Program-made: the position numbers and the translations under genes | Shown: positions 37,536 to 50,667 of the stretch, in pieces | Layout: the number at the start of each line of letters is the position of its first letter | How positions within the stretch are numbered: the first letter of the stretch is position 1 | The notes under the pieces: model-generated | Database searches by the model: none | What the model was told of the DNA's origin: nothing | What the model saw: only the letters and a program-made list of their open reading frames with translations | NCBI RefSeq assembly: GCF_036321535.1 | Contig: NC_087436.1 | Location: 18,788,001 to 18,852,000, forward strand | DNA from: Camelus dromedarius | Taxonomy: Eukaryota | Reading direction: 5' to 3' | Length of the DNA: 64,000 nucleotides

Positions 37536-40500
37536 AGGCATGGAAGAGCCTAGGTGAGGGATCTGAGGACATGACCAGTGCACCTAAAACTGGAAGCCAG
37601 TTCATTAATTGGTATAATTTAGTTGAGCTGGTTTATTGAATGAGAACATGGTTCTGCCTCCTTGTATATACATGAGACTTCCCATACCTGAAATAGAGAC
37701 TGTTCTCCCTGACAGACTGACAGTGCATAGAAGATGCGGCATACGATAAGCAGACGAGATAACAGACATAAGAGGAAGATGGCCATGATCATTATGACCT
37801 GGCTTGGTGGAGACAATGCCTCCCTCTCTCTCTCACAAGGATTTCCAAAGTCACTAGTTCCAGTAAAGGCTCATGACTCTGACGGCTGTTTTGGATCCAC
37901 TTTGTCAAAATTCCTTGAAGTGAAGGGAAGTTTCTTGCCCTAATTGCTTCCTCTGAGGTCACCTCAGGTAGTGTGGGTAGACTTAGTCTGAAAAGGGAAG
38001 GCAGCTGCAGGGAAGAGGGCGCCATGTTGGCTGTGCCCTGCGACACACCACTGTTCCACCCAGGCCCTTCACTCTTTCCCTGGACACAGCAGCTGCACAG
38101 CCCAGGTTCACTGATGGAGCATCTGCCCCCTGGCCAGATGTTAGCAGTTTTACGGGAAGCAGGATTTAAGGAGCGGAACCCCATGCTCAACAAAACTGCA
38201 CGTACTTCTTTGAATTTGGGAGAGATCATCCCAGAGTTAGTTTGTAAAGAAAAATAACTGTAGAAGAACCTGTTTTTCATTTACTCAACAAATTAATTGC
38301 CTCTTTACACATGTAGTCCTGAATTGTTTACCAGTACATGACATTCCTGAAATTTCACAAGCTCCCTTTAATAGTACATTTTATTTTCAGGCACAGTTGA
38401 AGAACTCAGTGAAAGTCAATTTTTGCCTATGAAAGTAGATTCTGTATCATTTATTTGCTGCAGCTCAATGATTTGCTGTATGAAAGGAGAACGTAAATAC
38501 AGGTTTAGTTGAAGAGGACTTTGTTGTCAATATGAACCATAGTAAACAGTGACTCTCTAGCTTTATTTCATGGAATAGGAAGTTAATACCATTTTTTATG
38601 GATATGGAAATAAGTCACTTTTAAAAATACAGACTACTTGGTTTCTCTAAAGTCATCGTTCACTGGAAAATTTGGAATCTTCAGAATGAAAGCTGTAGGA
38701 AAAGGAATATATTTCCGTTTAATATGATGAAAGGTGGCTTTTAGAATGGAAGTAGCAGATTTCCTTTAAATGAATCCTGGCCAGAAGATGGGGAAAATTT
38801 GCCAAAATGACAATGATTAAGTACAGATATCAGACTCAATACAACATACTCTTGGAATGAAGTTCTCAGGGCAGCAGAAAGAAACATTTGATGATAAAGC
38901 CAAGGACCGGCAACCATTGTAGTATGAACCTATTGTTTATTTTTGAAGTTTAAATGTCTGATTTCAATCAAGAGTCCCTATTATTTAGAACAAATTCTGT
39001 TTTGTTAGGATTGCTCCCTTAGCATTTAATCAAAGAAGGACTGGAAGGAAATTTGCTTTTGTGAAATATTCTGATGCAGGAGTCACTTTAAAAGTGGCTC
39101 AGTAAACATCCTGTCTTATAGACAATTCATTAGGTGGGTGATAGGATTTGTACGCTGAAAAAAAGAATTCTATTGCTGGACTAAAGAATGACTGTTCCCT
39201 ATTAAATACATTTGAATGATAGTCCCCTTTGAGAATATACTTGGGGTGTAACTAAATTTGGGGTTGGGAAATATCTGTTAGGAAATTACCCTTTTTTGAA
39301 AAGACTGCAATTAAGAGCCAATCCTACATCCACAGAACTGCTTCAAACATTTGCTTCAATTTTAAGCCCAACTTGAGTCTCTTGTAAGATTTGGATGGTT
39401 GGGTTGAGTTTGGCTAATCTTCCACACATGTATGGTTTTGCTGATGGCTTAGTGTGTCCAGAACATGTATGTATTTCCATTTGGAAAGAGAACATTAGCC
39501 TTCAGTTAGAGGATCAGGCAGACTGAGAGTGGGGAGGAAAAAAGAGAGATTCAGACAGACAGACGCTGGTGCAGAGGGGGATGCTTGCTTTTCCTTGCTC
39601 ATCGCCTGAACCCCAGGACTGAGCTGTTCTATTGTTTTCTGTTTTAGACCGCGATGGTCTTTATAAATTTAAGACACATGTAGCGATTCTTTGTTGTCTT
39701 TCAGAAATATCCAGTTAAAAGTTTCTAATAACACCCAGAAGTTTTAGAAAAGTTCTTATGTAGTTTTCACATTATGTAGGTCAGTTAACAGGGCATTTCA
39801 AATTGGAGCATTTCTGCTGATGGTGAGGGGCCCTGAAACCAGTTGATATGTTTTGTTTATCATTTGACTGCCTTTGACTCAGTAAGGACGACCCATGTCT
39901 ATGCTCTGGGTGAGAAAATCACATCTTTGAAATCCCGTCAAAAGTACTGGATCTTTGGAGGTCCTGCAGGGTCCTTGTTCACTGCAGTTACACATCTGTG
40001 ATGAATCCATCTGTAAAAAGGGACTGAAATGTCACCTCATCCAATAGCAGTGGTGACCACCTAGATAGTGAGAGAAATAATGTAAATCCTTCTGGTGATA
40101 CTGAATAGAGACAATAGCAGCTCTACCCTAACTTCTCCCTGGGCAGGGAGTAGGGTTGGGGGTGTCCTGGGAACCAGAGAATAATTTAAGGGATATTTCA
40201 AATTAGGAACCTCACCCGTGGAAAGCTCACCTACTCTTCCAGGTTGGCTGAACTGATGTGACCTTGAGTCTCTGCCCTTCCCTTCTTTTTATTGCTTTCT
40301 CTTTGGTTATCCTCTCCAAATTTTCTCTCCTGTGAAATAATATCCTACAGTCTTGACATCCACTAATTCTTTGGTGCTTTTTGACACACAGAAGCCTCAC
40401 TCTAGGGACCTTAGTGTCTGCTCTCACCTGACAAAAGCCTGCTTTCACTCCTTTAAATCTCACCTTCTGTAGGTTGATTAAGTGCATCCTATGTGTATGA

Positions 40501-40854
40501 TGCGATAAATGCAGAATTTGCTAATACCGCTACCTTGTTAGATGTCTTAAGTAATTCAGAAGAGTGCAGATAATAGGGTTTTAAAACTCAGAAGGCTAAT
40601 GATGCAATAAATCCAAATTGCATGTCCTTGTGCTTCTTTAGATAGAAATAAGTGGATATGTGTGGGCAGTGATAATATTTTTCTGCCTTGTGTGTGCAGG
40701 CATTTGTCCCCACTATGAACATATGCACTCTCTTTGAGTGTGTGAAAAGGCATAAATAATTTCTAGACAGATAGAATGCTGTTTCAGCTTTTATTATGCC
40801 TTTTTCGATAGCTAGCCTATTGTTTTAAGACAGAGGAGACTAGCAGGACTATTT

Positions 40855-41330
40855 TGAAAGACACTTTCACAAACATTGTTCTTGAGAGTGTAAATTGGTA
40901 CAAAATTTATGGAGGGCCATTCAATTCAACAATATATTTTAAAAGCCTTAAAAAGCTCATACTTTTTGAACTCAATAATTTTACTGTTTTAAATTTACTA
41001 TAAAGAGCAAAAATCGCAAATATGCAAAAAGATTTATATTCCAGGATTTTTCATGTCAGAGTTAATATTAGTGAAACATTAGATACCCCCTATGTGTCCA
41101 ACATTTGAGAATGATTAAATAAATTATGGCACATTCATCTAATGAAATACATGTATGCATTTAAAATCCTATTTATATATAAAAGGCTCAAAAGAACAAC
41201 CAACTCCTAGTAGTAGTTATTTCTTGGTAGTAAGTTGGAAAATTTTATTTCTTTCGTTATATTTTTATTTATTTTATAACTTTTTCTGCCTGGAGTCTTT
41301 CTTGATTTTAAATGAGGAATACAGGATAAA
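40855..41330 (+). mobile_element. Ancient L1 (L1ME-type) 3' fragment
   Basis: 'gagagtgtaaattggtacaa', 'tgattaaataaattatggcacattcat'. Confidence 0.65.
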
Positions 41331-42649
41331 AAATAAAATAAGAGAAAGTCCATTAATTATGTTAACCATTAACTATATTACTAACTTGAACCATTAACTG
41401 TATTATTAACTTGAATTTTCCAGGGATTAGCTGTTTACCTTTTTGATTATCTAAGAACCTTATTTCTTGGCCTTTTTTCAGAAGCGCAGCTTCTGTGATT
41501 TCCCTATTTATTAGCCCCATGGCTCAAAGTGGATGATTAGGGAGAAGAGAAAGCAGATTTGTAGGACCTTCTTATAGGCTGGATTTAAATATACTTTTTA
41601 TTAATAAGAGGTAAGGTAAAGTCTTTTCTTTAGTAATACATTTTTTTTCCAGTAAATTGTTTTTGTAGAGGTTGTTTAAATGTTGAGATTATATGAGAAC
41701 CAGCAGCAAAACTTCCCAAAGGCTGCTGGTTCTTTGTCTTTCCTAAATGAGAATGTAGGAGCAGAAGGCATGTGGGCAGAATATCAAGATGGTGGCCTCC
41801 TGGGCAAGCGTCTCACCAGAGGAGAGCCCTGGGAGAAGAGCTGTTGACCTGACACAAAGGGCTCCAATTATTTATTTTCCTTAGTTTCCTTTTCTTCTAA
41901 GCTACTCTCTTCTAAAAGTTTCTCAGTCACATCCTTGATATGCTGAATATTTAAAACATTTCAACTATTGAGTACTGAGCAAGAATTAGCTTCAACAGGT
42001 AACTGCTTCGTATAATGATGACAATGGGCCTGACAATTAAATCCATGTGTTTGATAAAAAGAATTATGGTCTTATAACATGTGTTATACTTGGTAGGCAT
42101 TTGGACATTTCTGTTTCTTTCATATAACATAGTCCATAGCATGGGCCTTTTCATGTTTGGTTATTGGCCCAGAAGAATGGAAATGCAACATAAGAGATTA
42201 CACAAGGGCACATGCAACCTGGTCTTGGCTTTTTTTTTTTTTTTTTTTTTTATCTTTTTAAATGTCTGATGGTTAAAAACTTTTACTGACCTTTATGAAG
42301 GCTAAGCTAAGTTGATTTGTGTCTAGTTGATTAGAGCAAGAGAAGTCATGATTAATTGTTGCAGAGCTCAAAGCCCAAATTGTTTTATTAAAGTTGGAGA
42401 GCTTGAATTTAAAATCTTATAACTGTCAGCTCCTCTCTCACCACTTTATTTGGCCATGATTACATCCGATCTATGCTGGATGAACAAATGTCTAGGTATT
42501 TAGAGGTAAGTGAAATTATTCTGCAGGAAATGCACTCTGATCCATCAAGATCCATTCAGGTACGACGCCTTAAAAATGCGTTGGCCACCACGTCAGATTT
42601 TCTTATACATCCACTCAGGAACTTTTATATATATATACAAATATATATA

Positions 42650-43135
42650 TTTTTTCTAATTATAAAAGTAAGTAATGCTCATTGTAGAGAATTTAGAAAA
42701 TTCATACAGGTTTTAAAAAAGAAAAGTAGAAGTGCCTGTAATTCTTAAGCATAGAGGTAAATATTGTTAGCATTCTGTCATATTTTTCCTAGTCCTTTTT
42801 CCTCTGCATGCTTATATATTTAGCATAGTTAAAATCCTTAAGTATTGTATTTCACTTTTCTCATGAAAGGTATTTCATCATTTCTCTTAGCATTAAAAAT
42901 TATTCAGAAATATATTTTGAATTTATAACATTTGATCAAAGAATCTCAAGTATAGCCTCCGTTTTTGGACATTCAGATTGTTTGTAGCTGTTAATTGTTA
43001 TAAATAATGATGTGTTGAACATCTTGTACATACATTTTTGCTTATACACTTAACTAATTCTTTAGGACAGGTTCTTAGAAGTGGAATTGTTGAGTCAAAT
43101 GGTACACTTAAAAAGTTTTAAATGCATATTGTTTC
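42650..43135 (-). mobile_element. Ancient L1 (L1ME-type) 3' fragment
   Basis: 'ttggacattcagattgtttg...tgaacatcttgtacata...ttcttagaagtggaattgttgagtcaaatgg'. Confidence 0.65.
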
Positions 43136-43214
43136 AGGTATGTTTAAAATCAGATTTATAGAAAATCAGATTTATTTACTGAGAAATGACAAGGTTGAAA
43201 GTGGGAAGACTGTG

Positions 43215-43340
43215 AAAGCTATAACAGAAGAATTTAGACTTTGTTCTGAGCTCCTGATTAGCCCTGTGGTGTAGACTGTTGACAGCCTTGCTTTGACTCT
43301 CTGTGCCTTAATTTCCTCATTTTGTGGAAATTTTGTGACA
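43215..43340 (+). mobile_element. MIR fragment
   Basis: 'ctctctgtgccttaatttcctcatttt'. Confidence 0.5.
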
Positions 43341-46300
43341 TAATATTGTTAAATATTACTAAATATATTGTTAAACGATACCACTCATTTTCTTGTTGCC
43401 TTTTTGGAAAATTTTAAAGTAGGCTGATTGCCAAGAGTTTTTAAAGTCTTTTGAAAATTTAAAAAGTGCTGCGGAAGAACAAGTAATGACAAGCTGGTTG
43501 TTTACTCTGCATCCGTGAACCAAAATCAGATGTTTGGACCTCCAGTTGTTAGAGGTTTGGCTGGGAAAGCGGGAGACAATGAGACTGGCCAAAGCAGCAT
43601 TTACTGTTCAGTATAATTTCAAAGGTATGCTAAGAGAAAGAAAGCTCAGCCAAGAATTTATGACTCGGTCAGAGGCAAAGTTGAGAGCTATCACCTGCTT
43701 CAAGGAGGACAGCTTTGGATGAGTTCATATATATGCATGGCACCCTGCTGCAGTCTAACTTTATGACTTTTAATGACTCCGACCACCTAATCACTTGTGA
43801 AAGGATATGCTGGAGTTTGCCTTCACTCAGTTTGACAAGGTGATGGGAGGCATATATCTTCCTTACATGAAAACACTTGTCAGTTGCATCATATTTGGTA
43901 AGACAAGCACCAATGTCACCTTGGGGGGAAAGAAAAGTAACTCAGCTGACATCCAATGCATATGAGTTTCCAGTGTGCTGCAACATAGCCTAATTTCAAG
44001 TGAAATATGCAAATCTACCCTATTTTGTCTGTAGTTTTTATTTTCCTGATGCTTTCTCTAAGTGCCACATCTTCTGCTGATGGAAACATTGTGTAACTTC
44101 TTCTGAGCTGATGCATATTTAAATACGCAAGGCGAAGAGTTTTCAGCCTTTGAGTAGAAGCAACATGGCAAACCAAATGCAAATCTCTCAGTCAACCTGT
44201 TCTTGTTTGGTTTGTTTTTATTTTAGTTTTGGGCTTGCGACGCACTTATATAACCAGGTCACTTTAGTTCAAACTGCTGAATTTTAGACTTTTTATGGGT
44301 AATAGGTCAGTCAAGTGAAGTTGGCTTATTAAGGGGTTAGTACTAATCTACATGGGCAGCAGAGGGATGACTGAGTGTGTTTTGATAGTGAGGAACAGAT
44401 AAAGGAGTTAGGTCACAAATTCGTGTCTCTTTCCTACTGCTTTCATTAAATTTCAAGAATAATATTAAAGTAGGCGTATTCTGTAATCCCCATGGTGGAT
44501 TGTAAATTTAATTGGTTTTGATTTCTAAATGACTTCTGCATTGGGCCAGCATAATCAAAGAGGTCTGGTATAAATACATCCAAGAGACAAACTTTACAGA
44601 TCAGGTGAATATCCTGGATCAGAACAATGGGTCTGATGACATTCCGAGTGGTAGAGTCCTGTTTCCTAAGGAAAGGAAAATATTGAGTTGAAAATGGGAC
44701 TGCTGTTGAAAAGGCTTCAGCAAGCTTTGTCCATAGCTAAAGAAAGCCATTAAGATACTTTAGGGTGACGGAATTGTTGATAGCTAGAATAATGTCCCAT
44801 AGACAACAAAAAAGCTTTTTGCAGACTAGCAGACTTTCCCTAAAAAAAAAGTCCTTGTTTTTTTAAAAAGATGGGTTGTCTCTTTTAGAAACCCCATTTG
44901 CAACAGAATTGAATTTGAATTTTCTAGGTTATTGGGAAATAACATAAATCCAAGTTCCCATAGTGTGCTTTTTTTTTTTTTTTTGGCTGTAACTATGCAT
45001 ACATTTATTACAGCTGGGATTTTCTTATAATAAGTCACTCAGCTGTTGCAAATACAGTGGTCAAGGGTTCCATTTTATTTCACACATTGGTTTCCTTCAG
45101 TTGCTTCTAGTCACATGTATTTGGTCACTTCTGAGGGGCTAGAGTGGACCCTTTCTCCAACTGAATTGTGTAGTTGGATTCTGCCTATTTTGGAAGCAAA
45201 AATTGCAAATGGTTTGCTCATGTGTAGAGCGAACAAAGGTTTTGCTTCCAATTTGATATAACTTTATTTACATTTTGCTGTTTTGAATCATAGAGGAATG
45301 AGGCCAGGGGATGTACTGAGCCAGATTGCTTCCCCACCCAGGAAACAAGAATCTCATCATGGAAATCCAGTTCTTCATCTGCTAAGTCTATCTACTGTGA
45401 ATGAATACAGTTGATGGTTACTTTATATAATTTCTAGAAGACCAAAGAGTAAAGAACCAACTGCCTGTAATTTTCTCCGTAGCAGTCTAAGAGAAACACA
45501 CAGACAGTGATGTGATGTAGTTCCATTTTTCAGTGCTAGACACTCAGAGAAAGAGAGTTCTTGTACACTCAGGAAAACAAAAACAAAAAAACAAAAAAAA
45601 CAACAACCACATATAGAATGGGATGGCCCATGGTGAAACACTGTCCTAGAAAGTAGTAGGTAAATATGACATTTGGTGTTTCACGATAATTCAATAAGGG
45701 GCAAAAATATCGAGTTTGGCCGTCCACAGAAATATGTTTTTCTTAAAAACCACTAATCAGAACATATGAAAGAAAGCCATAGAGTTCACCACGTTAATAA
45801 AAACGTAGCTCTTTGGGTAGGCCATGTCAAAAATTTTCATTTTAAGCTTCAAGGCTTTCTTCCCCAAACTCAACATTCATGATTATGTTATGCTATTTTA
45901 TTCTTTTTTTTTTTTTTTTACTATTTCTTTTTTAAAGTTGTGTTCCAGTGGTCATCCAATTATGAACTTGATTTTCTCAAAAATTAGAAGCCATTTGAGA
46001 ATGAAATAAGCAAGTGTCACTATTCATCTGAAATGAAATACATGTTAGGAAACTTTCTCTTATCATGCAATTGTCTGTTACAAGACAGCTAGGAAAAACG
46101 ATCTTATTTTAGCGTGTTTTATTGTATAGCTCCTTCCACAACTGGTCGATCGGTCATAGGTTTCCTGCTCTTGCTATTGTTCAGCGATGGGTGAAGAGGC
46201 AAACAAAGGAGCGACACTGAGTTGTCACATGACTATTTGGGATAGTCATGAGCAACATTTTCTTCTTGTATGAAACAATAACATTTAAATTTTTGTGGTT

Positions 46301-47640
46301 ATGTATCACGAATGTCTGACAGCAGAAACCATTGTGATTGGCAGGCAGTAGATTAAATTTATGGGTTTTAGGCTTTTTTTTTTTCCTTAATAAGGATACC
46401 TTGAGAAAGTCCAAGGGAAATGAAAGTCAGTTTTGTCATCTTGCACAGATTTCAAAGGCAGGGGGCTACACCAGGGCTTGAAAGGTCTATATTACACTGC
46501 TGCTGTCTAGCCATACTTGACAATGAGACATACTGTATTTGCTCACGGTGCTGGAGTTTATCATGCAAGAAGAGTAATTATATTTGAATTGTGTCAGCCA
46601 GCCACCCTAAAATGAAGGAACGTCAACGAATGTTGCTCCAAGGAGAAGGAGATGATTAGTTATAATTATACTCAGTGTCCAAGAAAAACGCTTCATTCCC
46701 TCATTCTGTTGCAAAGGGGAGAGGGGGGAAAAACCAACAGAATTTTTTTAGTACTTCTCAGTATTAAAAGAGAAAAACTTTTAAGGTGGCCATTTATTGC
46801 AGAAATTTCAGATAAGCGCTCTGGTGTGACTGTTTAACTATCTGAGGACTTGCTTTGTCTGTGCACAGTTTTATAGTCTTAAAAAATAGTGTGTGATACA
46901 TCTTCTAGATTTTTACTTCTTCATCATTTGTAGAGAATCTCCTAGCAGGGGAAATGTTAGATGATAGAAAGCAAATTTCCTAATTCATCTAGCTGTGGTT
47001 TCATCTACATAGTGCCAAGGCATAAAATATGGCTTTATAGCCACTTATGCATATGGTGATTTGATTTTTAATTCTTGCCAAACGAACGATTTGTTTGAGA
47101 TGATCAGATGAATATCCTGGAGTGTTACTACTTTTCTGTGTGTTTTTGTCAGTCAATGGTTACTGGAACTTAGCTTTCATCTCCTAAAAATACACATTTT
47201 GAAGTTTATGTGTCTTTGAGACTTTTTAGATGGTGCTTTTTGCTACATATATTCTTTTTTACTGTATAGCTTCCCATATCTAGCTTAGTGTGATACTTTT
47301 GGGGGTTATTAGTCTGTTGGTCAATTCTCACAGTGGTTTCTGTGACTTCCTATGTATAACTTTTTGGGGGGTAAAATTCTCACTTCAGCAATTTTTTTGT
47401 AATGTTAAGATGATAATATGGTTGGTGGGCTTGGATTATCCCTCAAGTATGGTAAGTATTATTATAAGAAAGAGCTTCATTTATAATTATTGACATTTGT
47501 GTGGTTTCAGTAACTTCCCAAGACATTCTCATGAAACCAATGCTACAAGTAATGGTAAGATGCGAAGAGATAATGGATTTAAAAAGAGACAATGTTCCCA
47601 AGAGGTAATTGCTGAAAAATCAAATGAGTACCAGCTATTT

Positions 47641-47800
47641 TTATATATTATTTATTTATTAAGATTCTTTTTTTATCTTTGGGGGGGCGGGAGGAGGTAA
47701 TTAGATTTATTTCTTTATTCTTTAATGGAGGTACTGGGGATTGAAGCCAGGACCTTGTGCATACTGAGCACAAACTCTACCACTGAGCTATACCCTCCCC
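47641..47800 (-). mobile_element. Vic-1-like tRNA-derived SINE
   Basis: 'ggaggtaattag...ggaggtactggggattgaagccaggaccttgtgcatactgagcacaaactctaccactgagctataccctcccc'. Confidence 0.9.
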
Positions 47801-48799
47801 TCTATTATTTAATTCAGCTTTCTTAGCAGTGAAGACATAAGTGGTCAAAACATTTTAAATATTACTTCTGTTATCTAAGTAATATAGTCTATTAGTTTTG
47901 ATTATATCTAACTGTATATAACTATAAATATATAGTTGATATGTACATACTTTTATTGGAAATTAAAATATTAAAGTATCTTCCAAGATACTAGAATGAC
48001 AAAAGTCCTAGAGATGCTCTCTCTAGTTTCCACATTTGTATATGGTTGGATAACTATTATGGATCACTCAGAATGGCTTTGATTAGTTGTCTTTAACACA
48101 GTGGTTTACCTTTCATAGAACTTGGCAGACATTTATCAGACAATGTTCAGTGTAACCATGTCTGATCCATATGAAGTGAATTTGGACATGAGATTGTCTT
48201 CATGCAGAGCAAAACCCACTATTTCACCTCAAAGAGCTAGATCATTGAGACAGAATTTCATATATATATGAAATACACACACACACACACAATATGCACA
48301 TACACATATATAAACATTGCTTCTCTTCTCAGCTTCTCAGTTCATTCACACAACATGGAGCAAAGCAATAAAACTGTTGCCTGATGTGACTGCCCGTTTC
48401 AGGGGGTGGTGGTGATGTCTGTGATAACCCTGATTCCTTAAGTCAGATCCAGGTGTGTCCTGTGAGCACCGTTGTTGCATTAAACTGTTCCGATGGTTTC
48501 TCCTTACAGTGATTTTCTTTTTTTCATCTGTTTAAATGTAATCAGACTCATAAACAGATTTGCCAAATAAAAAATTTCAGTGTGAGATTTTTTAAGATTT
48601 CCAAATTGTACTTAACTGTAAGTCAAGCTATTCTTATAGCTTAAGGATACCGCCAATCTATAAGTTTTTGCTATGTCTTTTATAATATCATTTTCTTACC
48701 CTGCATGTGAATTTTATTTATATATATGACTGGTTGTTTAGATATGCCAGTTTATCCCAATATCCAATGTCAGTAACTGTGGCTTGAAAGTCCTTTGTG

Positions 48800-49430
48800 C
48801 TTATTTATTTATTGTTTTGTCAAGTACACAGAACTGAGTCAATTATGGACCTCATTTACAGCACATGCTATTGTAGATTGGCTGCCACAAGCCTTTCTTT
48901 TGTTTCATTTTATTTTACCCTGTGGTGTCCAATCTCCACTGCCATTCTTTTTCCTGATAGACATGCACTCTAATGTACTTAATGTTATGTTCTTGCGATT
49001 CTTGTCATATATATGTGTGTGTCTAGATACACCTGTAAGTACTATATATAGTATATAAAGTTATATATATATATACACACACAGATTTAAGTATACCATT
49101 GAAGATATATAGTATTGTATTGAGTATGTCTTAAAAATATATAAATGGTATTCTGCTATAAATCTCATTCCATTTCTTGCTTAGAAAAGTTAAGCATTAT
49201 GTTTCTGAGCTATTTCTATGTTGCTCAGTGTAAGATTGGCTCATGAGTTCTGCCTCTGAGTTTGTACTCACTGGGGGCAAATTTGATATTTTAACATTCT
49301 CAGGAGTAGAAATCCTGTTTCTTCCTCTATTTGCAACCATAAACAATGCTTCTGTGAACATCCCTATACATATTCCTTTGTGGGCCTGTGAAGGTATATA
49401 TATTTAGAAGGATTGCTGGATTGGTGAGCA
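48800..49430 (-). mobile_element. Ancient L1ME-type fragments
   Basis: 'aaacaatgcttctgtgaacatccctatacatattcc', 'ggattgctgga'. Confidence 0.45.
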
Positions 49431-49917
49431 TGTGCCCTTTTCCTTTCAGCAAAGCCTTTTCCACCTAAATTTTGACTGAAGACTGAGCAAATACTGGTTT
49501 GCATTTTGGGATCACCTAGAATTCTGCGCCCCACCCCACCCCTGTCCCTCTTGCTTGAGCTTCAAAGTCAGGTTAACTGATGTCTTGGGAGGAAAACCTT
49601 GGCCCTATTTTTTCCTTTTACACCAGCTAACCAGCAACAGTATAAATATGCTTCGATATGTTGTCACTTTTTAAAAACTTAGGAATAAAACTGATGGGGC
49701 TTTATATTAAATTGTGTAAACTATTTATTCTAGCTTTGCAATCAGGAAGTCCAGTTTTATATGTAGAATGTTTAATTTTTGATGATTCTACATTTATTTA
49801 GATGACTAACAAAATATCTTCAATTACATAGTCGCCATTTGAATACATTTCTGTATTATACTGCCCCTAAATACAGTAAACAATGAACAAAAGAATGTTC
49901 CGAGTGCACAGCGATGC

Positions 49918-49919
<2 letters not shown>

Positions 49920-49966
<47 letters not shown>
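49920..49966. repeat. (TG)~23 microsatellite
   Basis: Directly visible. Confidence 0.97.
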
Positions 49967-49976
<10 letters not shown>

Positions 49977-50485
49977 ATCTGCCTGAGCCCTTCATTTTCT
50001 GGTTAACTTCTCTTTATCAGAATTTCTTCCTTACTTTACATATATATTCAGTCACCCAAATTGAAACAGCAGTCCCAAACAATAGCTTCAGAAAGGAAGT
50101 GAAAATGATGTTTGATGAATAATATGACTTGCTGAAAACTTTACTCAAGCCCCATTGCCTGAAGAGTCCCCATTTCAGTGAGTTCTAGGCAGCATTGCAG
50201 AGCATCTTTTGTTTACTGGAAACATAGACCTTGTACAAGTTACCTTTCCCTCCAGGTAGAGGGGTCTTTTTATGCAGGATAAGCCGTGACTAGAGAGCTA
50301 AACTGAGAATCTCTCCTCAGTGTCTTATGGGGAATTGTATACATTCATGAAATTATGTGCTGGTTTATTTCATGTTTTATTTTCCTGTCATTCCTAGTAT
50401 ATCTGTGTTCTAAATATCAGGAACTGCAAGAAACAGGATTATAAAGGAAAATATGCTATTTAACTTGGTAACATGAAAGCTATTC

Positions 50486-50667
50486 TTTTTTTAAAAATAT
50501 ATTTTTACTGAAGTATAGCCAGTTTACAATGTTGTGTCAGTTTCTGGTGTACAGCACAGTGCTTCAGTCTAAAGGAACATACATATGTTCGTTTTCACAT
50601 TCTTTTTCACCATAGGTTACTATAAGATATTGAATATAGTTCCCTGGATATTGAATATAGTTCCCTG
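50486..50667 (-). mobile_element. 5'-truncated artiodactyl-type L1 3' end
   Basis: 'ttactgaagtatagccagtttacaatgttgtgtcagtttctggtgtacagc...gatattgaatatagttccctg'; same family as 16457-16626. Confidence 0.85.

Noticed and set aside
37792..38280. 162-aa minus-strand ORF
   Set aside because: No recognisable domain; explained by locally higher GC content.
38391..38495. Acceptor-like ttattttcag| followed by an open frame
   Set aside because: No good donor and an unrecognised peptide; such sites are common in AT-rich introns.
48255..48274. 20-bp perfect palindrome ATTTCATATATATATGAAAT
   Set aside because: Mostly a (TA)n core, expected by chance in AT-rich DNA.
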